64,000 nucleotides of DNA from a phage. The position numbers and the translations under genes are program-made. Of this stretch, positions 1-9,077 are shown one piece after another; position 1 is the first letter of the stretch, and each line of letters begins with the position of its first letter. Under the pieces are notes generated by a model. It was given only the letters and a program-made list of their open reading frames with translations, was not told the DNA's origin and ran no database searches. The stretch is from the NCBI GenBank assembly GCA_021081985.1, contig GCA_021081985.1_3639.1; one strand, 5' to 3'.

Positions 1-528
1 GTTAATGGGCTTATCAAATAATCTAAATCATGTATATGACCATACCCATTTGTATGCCATTCAGCTAATTCTTTTGGTAGAATTTGAGTTAGTGAGACGT
101 GCTTACTAAGGATACCAGCGAGAAGATCACGATGGCTACTAACCACTCCACTTGGTTTATTAGCGTTTTCTTTAGTAAACTCATCGGCAGTTTGTTCTAA
201 GAATCCCGTAATATCTGCAAACAGCTTCCCTTTACCTTCCCTAACGTTATCACGAGTTTTACGATATTCAATATAAGCCCGTGCAGCATTCTTGAGGTCA
301 AGATCCATTAGTGAATCTTCCACAATGCGGTGAATATCACAAACAGCCACTTTCTCTTGTGGTGGTTCTGATTTTTCCAGAGTTCCATAGACTTGCTCGC
401 CAACTGCACACGCCAGAGGATATGATTTCTCACCATAACCAGCAGCAATCAGAGCAGCTTCTGCCGCTCTAATAACTTTCACACCATCATAATCTTCTTC
501 ACGTCCATCACGTTTAACAACTTTCATT
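1..528 (-). CDS. nrdD: anaerobic ribonucleoside-triphosphate reductase NrdD, N-terminal part (gene runs off window start)
   Basis: Minus-strand translation from ATG at 528-526 reads MKVVKRDGREEDYDG...ARAYIEYRKTRD...ENANKPSG...HRDLLAGI...HDLDY with no stop before position 1; matches the class III RNR N-terminus pattern from memory. Not in ORF track because truncated. Confidence 0.8.
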
Positions 529-832
529 GTTTATTCCCCAGTTCAGTATTAATAAACGCAATAAATTCATCTGCCGTACCAACATACACAGTATCGACAC
601 CGCACTCATAGAAAATCCGTGGGACTGTTTTTGGGATAACAGGGGAGCATTTTAAGACCAATTCCTCTTTGGTGAAGTCTTCTCCTAATTTCTTATAGAT
701 AAAGTTAAGTCCTTTTTGTTTTGCAAACTCTTTTGCTCTTACACAATGAGGGCAATTATCTTTTCCATAAATTAAAAACGTGCATTCTTTAAAGTTCATC
801 TTAAAAATCCCAGATTTCTTCTTCTGCATCAT
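524..832 (-). CDS. glutaredoxin/NrdH-like redoxin
   Basis: 102 aa with CPHC active-site motif (GKDNCPHCVRAKEF); sits between nrdD and nrdB. True start may be the internal Met at 799 (MNFKECTF), 2 nt after the nrdB stop. Confidence 0.65.
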   Translation of the reverse strand: MMQKKKSGIFKMNFKECTFLIYGKDNCPHCVRAKEFAKQKGLNFIYKKLGEDFTKEELVLKCSPVIPKTVPRIFYECGVDTVYVGTADEFIAFINTELGNKQ

Positions 833-1889
833 TCACTGTGGTGTTAACACGATAATCTGTGTTAGACATTTCTTGGTTAGCCGTCTGCTGTAGCGCAGGA
901 TTCATCCATACTTGCATAAACGGCAAAGGGTCTTTGGAAGGAGGGTTGAAGTCTCTATCAAATCCAAAATGATCATAGATAGGAGAACAATTATAGTCAA
1001 CCCACTCTTTCAGCAATGGTTCGTTAAGGCCAATGATTGCTCTACCATCACTGAAGATATAGTGACTCCAACTATACTCTTTTAATCTAACTTCGTCAAG
1101 AATTTCTTTCAATTCATGTTTGATGGCATTAAAGCTGTTCAACCATACAGGGTCTTCTAACAGAATTTCAATAATTGCCAAGTCGTTCTTTGTGTGGAGA
1201 ATCTCATCAAGCATTATTTTTTGCACAAGTTGTGCCACTTGAACAAAGATCCCTTGTTCAGCCAGGGCAAATGTGCACGCAAAACTGGATATGAACTCTA
1301 TAGCTTCTAGGCCAAGCAGAGCAAACATAGCTCTCAGAATGCCTCTACGGGCTTCTTCTTTATCTATAGAAGCAGGATCCAGTCTGTATTTAGCACCAAG
1401 AACTTCTAGTTCACGCATATATTTGACAATGACACCAGATCTGTTTAAAACTTCTTGGTTGTTTTGTACTTCTTCAATAATTTCTCGTGCATTTGGCAAA
1501 CACTGTCTGACAATTTCTGAGTATGTCAAAGCATGAAGCACTTCGATTTCTGCCTGTTTCATCATCAAAGCGTATAATTCACTGTTTGTGATGAATGGGG
1601 CAAATAAACAGATAATTGATTGCGCTGCAACACTATCAGCTTCCCATTGCCACATCAAAGTTTGCACCATAACATCATAGGTTGATTTACTGCATGTGGC
1701 AAAATCTGAAATTGATTGTACTAAATCAACTTCGTCTTCTGACCAGTCTTGCTCTTTTTGTTTTTTATACAAATCGAAAAGTTTTGGGTATTTTTTATTA
1801 ATGGAGTCATACATCCCCATCTGCTGACCAAGAAACAGAGGGTAATCCCCAGTTTTATGTGCTGTGTTTTCTGTATTGAATAATGCCAT
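801..1889 (-). CDS. nrdB: ribonucleotide reductase small subunit NrdB (class Ia)
   Basis: 362 aa; di-iron/tyrosyl-radical R2 pattern; adjacent to nrdA; GAGG RBS upstream. Confidence 0.85.
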   Translation of the reverse strand: MALFNTENTAHKTGDYPLFLGQQMGMYDSINKKYPKLFDLYKKQKEQDWSEDEVDLVQSISDFATCSKSTYDVMVQTLMWQWEADSVAAQSIICLFAPFITNSELYALMMKQAEIEVLHALTYSEIVRQCLPNAREIIEEVQNNQEVLNRSGVIVKYMRELEVLGAKYRLDPASIDKEEARRGILRAMFALLGLEAIEFISSFACTFALAEQGIFVQVAQLVQKIMLDEILHTKNDLAIIEILLEDPVWLNSFNAIKHELKEILDEVRLKEYSWSHYIFSDGRAIIGLNEPLLKEWVDYNCSPIYDHFGFDRDFNPPSKDPLPFMQVWMNPALQQTANQEMSNTDYRVNTTVNDAEEEIWDF

Positions 1890-1902
1890 TTAAACCTCGA
1901 TG

Positions 1903-1921
1903 AAAAAGGGGCGAAAGCCCC
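1903..1921 (-). terminator. intrinsic terminator-like hairpin between nrdA and nrdB
   Basis: Plus strand aaaaaGGGGCgaaaGCCCC; on the minus strand this is a GC hairpin followed by a T-run. Confidence 0.45.
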
Positions 1922-1929
1922 TTAATAAA

Positions 1930-4653
1930 TTACAATGCACAACTCTCGCAGTACGGATCTTCAACTGAACTATCTGCAATCAAAGGATAGTTCTTTTTAG
2001 TTTCTTCCTCAGCTTGTTTCTTCGCGTGAAGTTCCGCTGTCAAGGAATCACCAGCACCAACCTTAGAATTTAGATAGTACCACGTTTTCATACCCACTTT
2101 TGTTGCTTTGATAAGATATCCTAACTGCTCTTTCATAGAAATCTTACCATCTTTTTGTTTGGTGTAATCAAGGTAGAGATCTGCACTGATCGCCTGCCCA
2201 GTAAATTTCTGGAACAGGGCATAAATATCTATCAGATCATTTGTTGGTGTATCCCAAGCAGATGTGTAGTAATCTTTTAATTTTTCATAATCAGGAACGA
2301 TAAAAAGAACCTGACCTTGAGGTGATTTTTTAAAGATTACATGATCACGAACAGGGTATATACCGTTTGTTGTGTTTGTTGCCAAAGACGAACTTTCGTT
2401 CGGCATGTAGGCTTCCAACACACTGTTTCTGATCCCGCCAAAATCAACAATCTCCTTGCGTAAGGACTCCCAATCCTGTTTGAGTGTAGGATCCTTCACC
2501 ACACTATCAATCGTTTTGTTGTAAGTATCAATCGGTAGCCAGCCAGATGGGTATTTTGTTTTACCAATCCACTCACAAACACCACGTTCTTTAGCTAACC
2601 GTAGACTTGCCTTATGAAGGCTGTAGCTGTGCAATTCAGCTAAATCATGTACCAACTGTTTGCTCTCAGGAGAACCATAAGGAACTCTATGTGTCGCAAT
2701 ATAATGCGCCACGTTTGTGATGCCAACACCAATAGACCTACGTTTTTTAACTGTACTCTCCATATTTTCATACGGATAGGTCATGATATCCATCACGTTG
2801 TCAATCATGAGTACGGTATAGTATGCCACATCTTCATACTCTTCTTGTTTAACTCTGCCAGCAACCAACGATGCTAGGAAGCATAAAGCAACTTCACCAT
2901 CTTCAGCATCATGCTCGAAAATGTTACGCATGTCTGAATAGCCTTTTGTTGGAAGAGATATTTCTTGGCACTGCCCAGTTAGCAAGCCATTAAACACTCC
3001 CATATGGCGTTTTGGCTCAGAAAAACAGTAGGTGTCGTCAATACGCCCATGGTCTCTGATCTCAACAACAACTTCTTTTTGTCTGGCTACCGTGTTTTGG
3101 TCTGGCAAGTTTAATTCAATAAGCTGATCCCCAACTTTTAAATCACAAGCCATTTTCTCCAACGGGTTATCTTGTAAATAAAACCTGTGATAGGGGGTAC
3201 AAGTAAGCTCTTTACCTGTACTCGTCACTACAGTAATGAGTTTCCTATTACTACCTGTTTTTCTGACAATAACCTCTGACCACTCTTCTCCATTCCACAC
3301 CTCAACAATACGATCTTTAAGGTCGGAAATGGTTTGATACCCATCCTTAGTGAGAATTTTCGTTTCTGGCGCAACACACAAATTGCTTGAATAAATAATT
3401 TCCTTAAATGGGGTGTGTCTATTCATCTCGTCAGTCCAGTAAACATAAAGTCTACCAGTTTCTGTACGCTGGGTAATTATCTCCATTGCCAAATCTCTTG
3501 CCTTAATCCAAGTTTTTGGAATAGAAGCATCCTTGGCAATCTTATCAACTTCAGAGTCAAACTCCTCCATTGTCATAGTGAACATCCCATCATGGAGTTG
3601 TGGGGCATCTTTATAAGATACCAGCATCCAATCTAGGTTTTTCGCAACACGATTGACAAAAGATTTGTTAATACCAACGGAATAATCCATTGTGTTAATT
3701 CGCTTAGATGTCACAGTCATAGGGTTACGTAAGCGAATTAATTCATCAATTTGTGGATCAAGAGCTAAGAAAGAAACTGTTGCTGAACCACCTCTGGACT
3801 GTTGCCTATTTTCTTTTACCCCAGCATCAATACCACGATAATAAGGTAGTTTACCCATATGCTTGATTGTGTTTCCTCTAACACCATCACCAATAGAGCG
3901 AGATGCTAGATAATAACCGATACCAGCTTGATTAACAGTCATCGTATATGCAACTTCTCGTGCAACACCGATGGACTTAGCTGTATCGTCTGCCTTAATT
4001 ACACAACACGAAGCATATCCTGTTTTCCCGGTACGAAGCCCGTTAAGGTATGGTGTCGGGGCGTTGATCTTAAGATCAGACAAATATGTGTACAATTTTG
4101 TCACATCTTTAATACGACGAGCCTTGGGCATATTCTTCATAACTGCCATTGCCATCCCCATAAACATCATCTGCGGGGATTCAAAAAGGATGTCATTAAC
4201 AGCGTCCTTAATACCGTACTTATCACGGAACTGTTTCAATACAGCATACCCATAAGACAGATCTTTACTATGGTCGATAACAGCTTCTAATGCTGTTAAC
4301 TCCAAGCCTGTGTATTTCATATCTTCCCAATAGCCTGAATCAACCATACGGTGATAGAAATTTGGCAAACTTGGGATTTTTGTGAACCCACCAAAGGCTT
4401 CTTTATAAATCTGCCCGACTAAAACTCTACCAGCCATCCGTGCATGTGCTTCATCTTTACGGCTAATACATGCATCTATAATAGCTTGGTTCACTTCTTT
4501 GGTTGTGCAACCATCATATAGTCTTTTATATGCGTCAAGAGCAATGTGTGACCAGTTGCCGTTGCCATCATCACCAAAAATGGCAGCTTTGTTAAGGCGT
4601 TCAGGGTCGAATACTACCTCTGACCCATCGCTTTTAATAACTTTAGTAATCAA
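1930..4653 (-). CDS. nrdA: ribonucleotide reductase large subunit NrdA, interrupted by a mini-intein
   Basis: 907 aa; active-site SSNL-C..QEISLPTK matches the E. coli SNLCLEIALPT region once residues 426-561 are removed; remaining extein about 770 aa. Confidence 0.85.
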   Translation of the reverse strand: MITKVIKSDGSEVVFDPERLNKAAIFGDDGNGNWSHIALDAYKRLYDGCTTKEVNQAIIDACISRKDEAHARMAGRVLVGQIYKEAFGGFTKIPSLPNFYHRMVDSGYWEDMKYTGLELTALEAVIDHSKDLSYGYAVLKQFRDKYGIKDAVNDILFESPQMMFMGMAMAVMKNMPKARRIKDVTKLYTYLSDLKINAPTPYLNGLRTGKTGYASCCVIKADDTAKSIGVAREVAYTMTVNQAGIGYYLASRSIGDGVRGNTIKHMGKLPYYRGIDAGVKENRQQSRGGSATVSFLALDPQIDELIRLRNPMTVTSKRINTMDYSVGINKSFVNRVAKNLDWMLVSYKDAPQLHDGMFTMTMEEFDSEVDKIAKDASIPKTWIKARDLAMEIITQRTETGRLYVYWTDEMNRHTPFKEIIYSSNLCVAPETKILTKDGYQTISDLKDRIVEVWNGEEWSEVIVRKTGSNRKLITVVTSTGKELTCTPYHRFYLQDNPLEKMACDLKVGDQLIELNLPDQNTVARQKEVVVEIRDHGRIDDTYCFSEPKRHMGVFNGLLTGQCQEISLPTKGYSDMRNIFEHDAEDGEVALCFLASLVAGRVKQEEYEDVAYYTVLMIDNVMDIMTYPYENMESTVKKRRSIGVGITNVAHYIATHRVPYGSPESKQLVHDLAELHSYSLHKASLRLAKERGVCEWIGKTKYPSGWLPIDTYNKTIDSVVKDPTLKQDWESLRKEIVDFGGIRNSVLEAYMPNESSSLATNTTNGIYPVRDHVIFKKSPQGQVLFIVPDYEKLKDYYTSAWDTPTNDLIDIYALFQKFTGQAISADLYLDYTKQKDGKISMKEQLGYLIKATKVGMKTWYYLNSKVGAGDSLTAELHAKKQAEEETKKNYPLIADSSVEDPYCESCAL
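2971..3378 (-). mobile_element. mini-intein in nrdA (about 136 aa, no endonuclease domain, C-terminal Gln)
   Basis: Insert starts CVAPETKILT (block A-like), has LTCTPYHRF (TxxH block B-like) and DTYCFSEPKRHMGVFNGLLTGQ followed by +1 Cys; Cys codon at 3378-3376 checked. Confidence 0.6.
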
Positions 4654-4928
4654 ACATTCTCCTTCTCTTCTACATCATATTTAGCCAAAAATAAAGCAGC
4701 TTCATCATTAAGATCCTCTTTTAAAGAGTCTCTATCATCTGCAAGGATATTAATTACTTTTCCTGTGTATGCGTCATAATAAACATCATCATACATCTTA
4801 CTATCATCTGTAAGATCATTAAAATATAACCACCCAGCATAATGATATTTATCATCAAAACCGCGATCTTTCCATTTGGTCTTTTCTCGCGCCATTATGC
4901 CCCCAGACCAAACATATCGCCAAGCCAT
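4650..4928 (-). CDS. hypothetical protein
   Basis: 92-aa ORF co-oriented with neighbours. Confidence 0.3.
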   Translation of the reverse strand: MAWRYVWSGGIMAREKTKWKDRGFDDKYHYAGWLYFNDLTDDSKMYDDVYYDAYTGKVINILADDRDSLKEDLNDEAALFLAKYDVEEKENV

Positions 4929-5371
4929 GATTCATCTTTAGAATCAAAGTTAATATCTAAACTTTGCTTTCTTTCTCCACGCTTTGTGTATTTTCTGACA
5001 TTGACTTTTTCTGCCACAGGAAGATCGTATGGAAGATCAATAACAAATTCCATATCCTTTTCTGAATACATCTCTACATCAAGAATATCTATACCATTAT
5101 AAATTCCTGCGTATGGATAATCATTCCGCATATCACCTACAAAAATTGTTGTTTTTCTATAGGTTGATGGGAAATTGGCACAACGAACATTCTTGTTGTG
5201 TAGCATTGTAATATGCTTAGGAAGTCCATCAGCATCACTGACTTGGAATCCAATAGCATACAACGCAGCACGAAGTTGATTTTCTTCTTTAATATTAAAA
5301 CCGGGGATTGTGCGAAGAAAGTCCAGCGTCACAGAAATATGCTGTGTAGGTTTACGTTTTGTTTTTTTCAT
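4895..5371 (-). CDS. hypothetical protein
   Basis: 158-aa ORF directly downstream of a strong minus-strand promoter-like element. Confidence 0.4.
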   Translation of the reverse strand: MKKTKRKPTQHISVTLDFLRTIPGFNIKEENQLRAALYAIGFQVSDADGLPKHITMLHNKNVRCANFPSTYRKTTIFVGDMRNDYPYAGIYNGIDILDVEMYSEKDMEFVIDLPYDLPVAEKVNVRKYTKRGERKQSLDINFDSKDESWLGDMFGLGA

Positions 5372-5430
5372 ATATTCTCCACCACATTTGCAAACTAGGG
5401 GACAAATAGCCCCCTATACATCATGCAAAC

Positions 5431-5459
5431 ATAATATGTATTTTTATTAAATTTGTCAA
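5431..5459 (-). promoter_or_regulatory. sigma70-like promoter (TTGACA-17-TATTAT) on minus strand
   Basis: Minus-strand reading TTGACAaatttaataaaaatacaTATTAT; -35 overlaps the stop of the upstream gene. Confidence 0.45.
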
Positions 5460-7342
5460 CCTGCCACAACATTGTTGGGAACTAGTTGGCGGTATTGTAC
5501 CCACCCACGTAGATTTCCTGACCACATATTTCCTTTTCTATCCATATGCGTCACACCGTCACTTGCCTGTCCATCCCACCACAATGAAGCCTCATTCTCC
5601 AACATAGGTGTTGCAACATGCTCAAAAGGAGATGCGTGTACCTTATCACCACTTGTTAGCTTTTTATAGATATCAAGGGCTTTATCCTTAGTGTTGTTAA
5701 GCACGCGATACGAGACTTGTGCACAACAAGACACAGAAATAGCAATTGCCTCATCAACACGTAGCATCACAGGCTCGTTGTTCTCATCTAAAACACAATA
5801 CCCATGAAATTCTCCAACATCCTCACCAACATCAACTGTGTAGAGGTGCTCTACATATGGGGTGTGCCACTGACCAGGTTCTAATAGCTCAGGTACAGAC
5901 TCATCCACAGCTTGTTTCATGAGAGATGCTAGTTTATGGATCGTCGGGTCTGCATCTCCATCTGCACGAAGATGGAAAAAATTATTCCAATCCGTAGCAG
6001 TAACAACAGTTTTCATCCTCTGGAACGGTTCCAGTAAGCGATTTGCCACCTGCTTGTGATAGCCAGCTTGTGAGTATGCTTCGGCAAAACGTGATGCACT
6101 TAAAGCCGCCAATTGCCACCAATCCTCTGGGGAATATCCAGCATCTATTTCAGCATTGTGATTACCATCATCTTGCATACCAGGTTTATTCTTACCAAAT
6201 TGAACAGGCATGGCAGGATTTTTTCGTACTTGCTCAATCATCTTAGAGATTGGAATTGCTCTGCTGCTCATAGCATTCCTGCTAAACAGTCTATGCGTCA
6301 TAAGTTCACAGTTCCCACTGATAAATACGACACCTTCCCTTCGAACAACCACGTAGGAGGTGTCTACACTTACACAATACACCTTCCCTACATAGTCCTC
6401 ATACTCGAAGATATCTTTATCCTGCCTTAGACTAATGTAGTTCGTAACTTTAAATGAGCATTTATACAGAGAGCCATACTTACGAATATTCACAGAGTCA
6501 CCATTCAGGTGAGCTAACACCTGAATTTGGTTAATCAGTGTTTTGGATGTGGTGTTATACTCCATGTTGTCAATATTGCCGTCTGAGAGTAGCAATGCTC
6601 TCTTAAATAAGCGGTACTGCTCCTTATTTAACCCTCTGATATATTTTGGTAATTTTTTCTCCCCTTCTCCAGTGTAACATGCTTCTGTTAATGGGTTTTT
6701 ATTAAAACTGATAACTATATCGTCCCCATATATAGAGGTGCTATATTCGTATCCACACTCTTCAAGGATACGTGTAACTTCCTGTACCTTCCGAGACTTT
6801 TTAAAATGGAAGTTTGCCTTATTCCCCTTTTCTGGGGTATGTCCATCAGCAGCAAACCAAACACAAAATTCAATCTCCGCATCAGAAAGGTCACACTTTG
6901 CATTCATTACCCCAGACTGCTCGATACGTAATGTTCCATAGTCTCCTACAAGTTCCTCAGCAAGAATCGTCTTACTTACAAATTTACCCCCAGTAGTCCT
7001 TTTTTTCGTAAGGACTCGATGCTTGTCTGTAACAAGCATGGGGAACTTCTTCTTGTTCAGAGATACCATCCGATGACGACCTTCGTTCTCTATGTGTGCG
7101 GATGGGGTTACAAAGCTAATAGCTCCTGTTGTATCATCATACTGTGCTACCTTAGCATTGAGTGCAAATACTTCCCTGAAAGATCTGAACTCTGGCAATT
7201 CCGAGTTAATCTGACTGAGTATTTCTGTCTTCTCGTCAAAGCAGTGAATAATGCGGGGGTATTCCAACTCAAAAGTGGTAATTCTGATACCTTGTGGGGA
7301 AATACTGTCAGCTACGATATGTACAGAGATCTGATTATTCAT
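5456..7342 (-). CDS. thyX: ThyX-like flavin-dependent thymidylate synthase interrupted by a LAGLIDADG-type intein
   Basis: Extein junction TTFELEYPRIIH/CELMTHRLFSRNAMSSRA resembles the ThyX motif region; ANRLLEPF..TVVTATDWNNFFHLRAD resembles the ThyX R..LP..T..N.R..HF.LRAD segment. N-extein is only 33 aa and there is a long C-terminal extension. Confidence 0.55.
   Translation of the reverse strand: MNNQISVHIVADSISPQGIRITTFELEYPRIIHCFDEKTEILSQINSELPEFRSFREVFALNAKVAQYDDTTGAISFVTPSAHIENEGRHRMVSLNKKKFPMLVTDKHRVLTKKRTTGGKFVSKTILAEELVGDYGTLRIEQSGVMNAKCDLSDAEIEFCVWFAADGHTPEKGNKANFHFKKSRKVQEVTRILEECGYEYSTSIYGDDIVISFNKNPLTEACYTGEGEKKLPKYIRGLNKEQYRLFKRALLLSDGNIDNMEYNTTSKTLINQIQVLAHLNGDSVNIRKYGSLYKCSFKVTNYISLRQDKDIFEYEDYVGKVYCVSVDTSYVVVRREGVVFISGNCELMTHRLFSRNAMSSRAIPISKMIEQVRKNPAMPVQFGKNKPGMQDDGNHNAEIDAGYSPEDWWQLAALSASRFAEAYSQAGYHKQVANRLLEPFQRMKTVVTATDWNNFFHLRADGDADPTIHKLASLMKQAVDESVPELLEPGQWHTPYVEHLYTVDVGEDVGEFHGYCVLDENNEPVMLRVDEAIAISVSCCAQVSYRVLNNTKDKALDIYKKLTSGDKVHASPFEHVATPMLENEASLWWDGQASDGVTHMDRKGNMWSGNLRGWVQYRQLVPNNVVAG
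6311..7243 (-). mobile_element. intein with LAGLIDADG-like endonuclease domain in the thyX-like gene (about 311 aa)
   Basis: Starts CFDEKTEILSQ, ends VYCVSVDTSYVVVRREGVVFISGN followed by +1 Cys; internal VWFAADGH and LLLSDGNID motifs; boundary codons checked at 7243-7241 and 6313-6311. Confidence 0.55.
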
Positions 7343-7662
7343 TATAAAGCCCCTTCCAGTTTCTTTAGAAAGTCATCTTTAAAACTATCTACCAGTTTCA
7401 TATATTCTTCTGCAATCATATCCTCAATAATCCCACGGCGTTCAGAATACTTTTTATCGAAGGAGATCATTTCTTCGATTTCTTCTGCGGTGAAGATTTT
7501 TAAGTGCATATCATTAATAATTTTAGTAACAAATTCCTCTGTGATACCCAGATCTTCAATTGTGATCCCTGTTCCTTCAAGGCCAAGGATAGGGATGATT
7601 TTCCCTGCACGAGCAATCATTTCATTCTTAAGGTATTCAAAAGATTCTTTTTTCAACATCAT
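7342..7662 (-). CDS. hypothetical protein
   Basis: 106-aa ORF; ATGA overlap with downstream gene. Confidence 0.35.
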   Translation of the reverse strand: MMLKKESFEYLKNEMIARAGKIIPILGLEGTGITIEDLGITEEFVTKIINDMHLKIFTAEEIEEMISFDKKYSERRGIIEDMIAEEYMKLVDSFKDDFLKKLEGAL

Positions 7663-7856
7663 CTTCCTCTCTTTTTTATCTTAAACTTTGTTTGCGGATC
7701 CACACCCGCTTTAAAAACAAGATATCTTGTAAGAATATCATTACACATATCACTGGTAGCTTTAAAAGAGATTAAGAAGTCCCCATCCTCTGTGAAAACT
7801 TCCACCCAATCTCCATATTTTACTACAAAATCACCTTTTGTGCATCGTCTAATCAT
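7659..7856 (-). CDS. hypothetical protein
   Basis: 65-aa ORF in operon context. Confidence 0.3.
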   Translation of the reverse strand: MIRRCTKGDFVVKYGDWVEVFTEDGDFLISFKATSDMCNDILTRYLVFKAGVDPQTKFKIKKRGR

Positions 7857-8458
7857 GCTATGTCTAAAACAAAATCACGTATTGTATACCAATCATCTGT
7901 TTCAAGGTCTAGGGATGTTTTTAATTCTTCAGACTGATCATAAGGTGTTTTAAATTTAATTTTAATAACCTCTGGACCAAACTGATTAAGGAACTCATTC
8001 CTATCATCAATAATAACATCAACATCTACCCCAGCTTTATGCTTTGTTGCATAGAAAGCATGACCGGAACCAGGCTCTAAGCTGAAAAACTCTTCTGTTT
8101 CTCTTTTTAGAAAGCGCACTTTAGATGAAAAATGACCTTTCATACAATAAGAAACAAAATGATTAAAATGACCAGCTTTAGCCCATGCAGCTACTGCTTC
8201 CACTGCACCGGGGAGAGGCTTCAACTTATCGTAAAGATAAGGATCCTCCCAAAACTCATAAGGACTAAGCTGATGCACCTTCGCAGGTGGAAAATACTTA
8301 GAAACATTGTAATACAGCATACCTTGCGGGTTTGGTGGTGGTAATGATAAATCCATTTTAACACCATAAACCTTTTCCAACCACTCAATCCAAGGTGTCC
8401 CAGAGTCAACAAATGTCAAATCTACATCGATTCCGATCTTAAGCCTGCTCATCCTCAC
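7853..8458 (-). CDS. HAD-superfamily 5'(3')-deoxyribonucleotidase-like protein
   Basis: N-terminal IGIDVDLTF (DxDxT motif) and later GVDVDVIIDDR aspartate motif. Confidence 0.55.
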   Translation of the reverse strand: MRMSRLKIGIDVDLTFVDSGTPWIEWLEKVYGVKMDLSLPPPNPQGMLYYNVSKYFPPAKVHQLSPYEFWEDPYLYDKLKPLPGAVEAVAAWAKAGHFNHFVSYCMKGHFSSKVRFLKRETEEFFSLEPGSGHAFYATKHKAGVDVDVIIDDRNEFLNQFGPEVIKIKFKTPYDQSEELKTSLDLETDDWYTIRDFVLDIA

Positions 8459-9063
8459 TTCACCTCACCAAGACCAGCTACTGAAAAAATAAACCACTTA
8501 TGGATTGACTTGGCACAGTCTTCCATTTTACCATCAATATTCTCGAAATCTTTTTCGTACCCTCGGATCCCATCTAAATAGAGCCAATTACGACTATCAT
8601 TGCCCCAGTCACAACCTTCTCTGTGAATACGTGCCAAGAAGAATTTACCACCAGTTTCATAGGCATAGTTGGAAAGCTCAAGAATCTCTTCCTTAAAACC
8701 ACCATCTGAAAAAACAACCAACCATGCCTCTTGATGGTTTTTCTTTAAATTCTCTACAGCAGCTTTGCCAAAAGCATTCTGTCCGAAAATTGGTTTGATC
8801 ACATTCTCCGAACAATGAATCATCCATTTTCGTGGGGAAACCTGTATTCCATCAATTTGCAGGTAAGGGCAAGGTTTTTCTTTGTATCTACGGTCATAAA
8901 GACTGTTCCACAAATCTTTTGAGACTCCAGCAGATCTGGTAGCAACTTCAAAAAGTAGTTTCTTCACTTCTTCATGAAACACACCAGAGATATTCTCACT
9001 CAAATAAGAACAAATAGCGTCTTTTCCAGCACCTGGTGGTGCATTTAAAACAAGAATATGCAT
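8455..9063 (-). CDS. P-loop nucleotide kinase (dNMP kinase-like)
   Basis: Walker A LNAPPGAGKD at N-terminus; nucleotide-metabolism context. Confidence 0.45.
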   Translation of the reverse strand: MHILVLNAPPGAGKDAICSYLSENISGVFHEEVKKLLFEVATRSAGVSKDLWNSLYDRRYKEKPCPYLQIDGIQVSPRKWMIHCSENVIKPIFGQNAFGKAAVENLKKNHQEAWLVVFSDGGFKEEILELSNYAYETGGKFFLARIHREGCDWGNDSRNWLYLDGIRGYEKDFENIDGKMEDCAKSIHKWFIFSVAGLGEVK

Positions 9064-9077
9064 TCAATCTCCCACAA

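Noticed and set aside
5971-5982. RHR..S motif inside the thyX-like ORF, first taken as the ThyX active-site motif
   Set aside because: It lies inside the putative intein (residues 34-344); the ThyX-like motif is reconstituted only at the extein junction (RIIH/CELMTHRLFSRNAMSSR).
7019-7684. 221-aa plus-strand ORF
   Set aside because: Antisense to the thyX-like gene and the two upstream minus-strand genes; low-complexity Ser/Ile-rich translation; no RBS.
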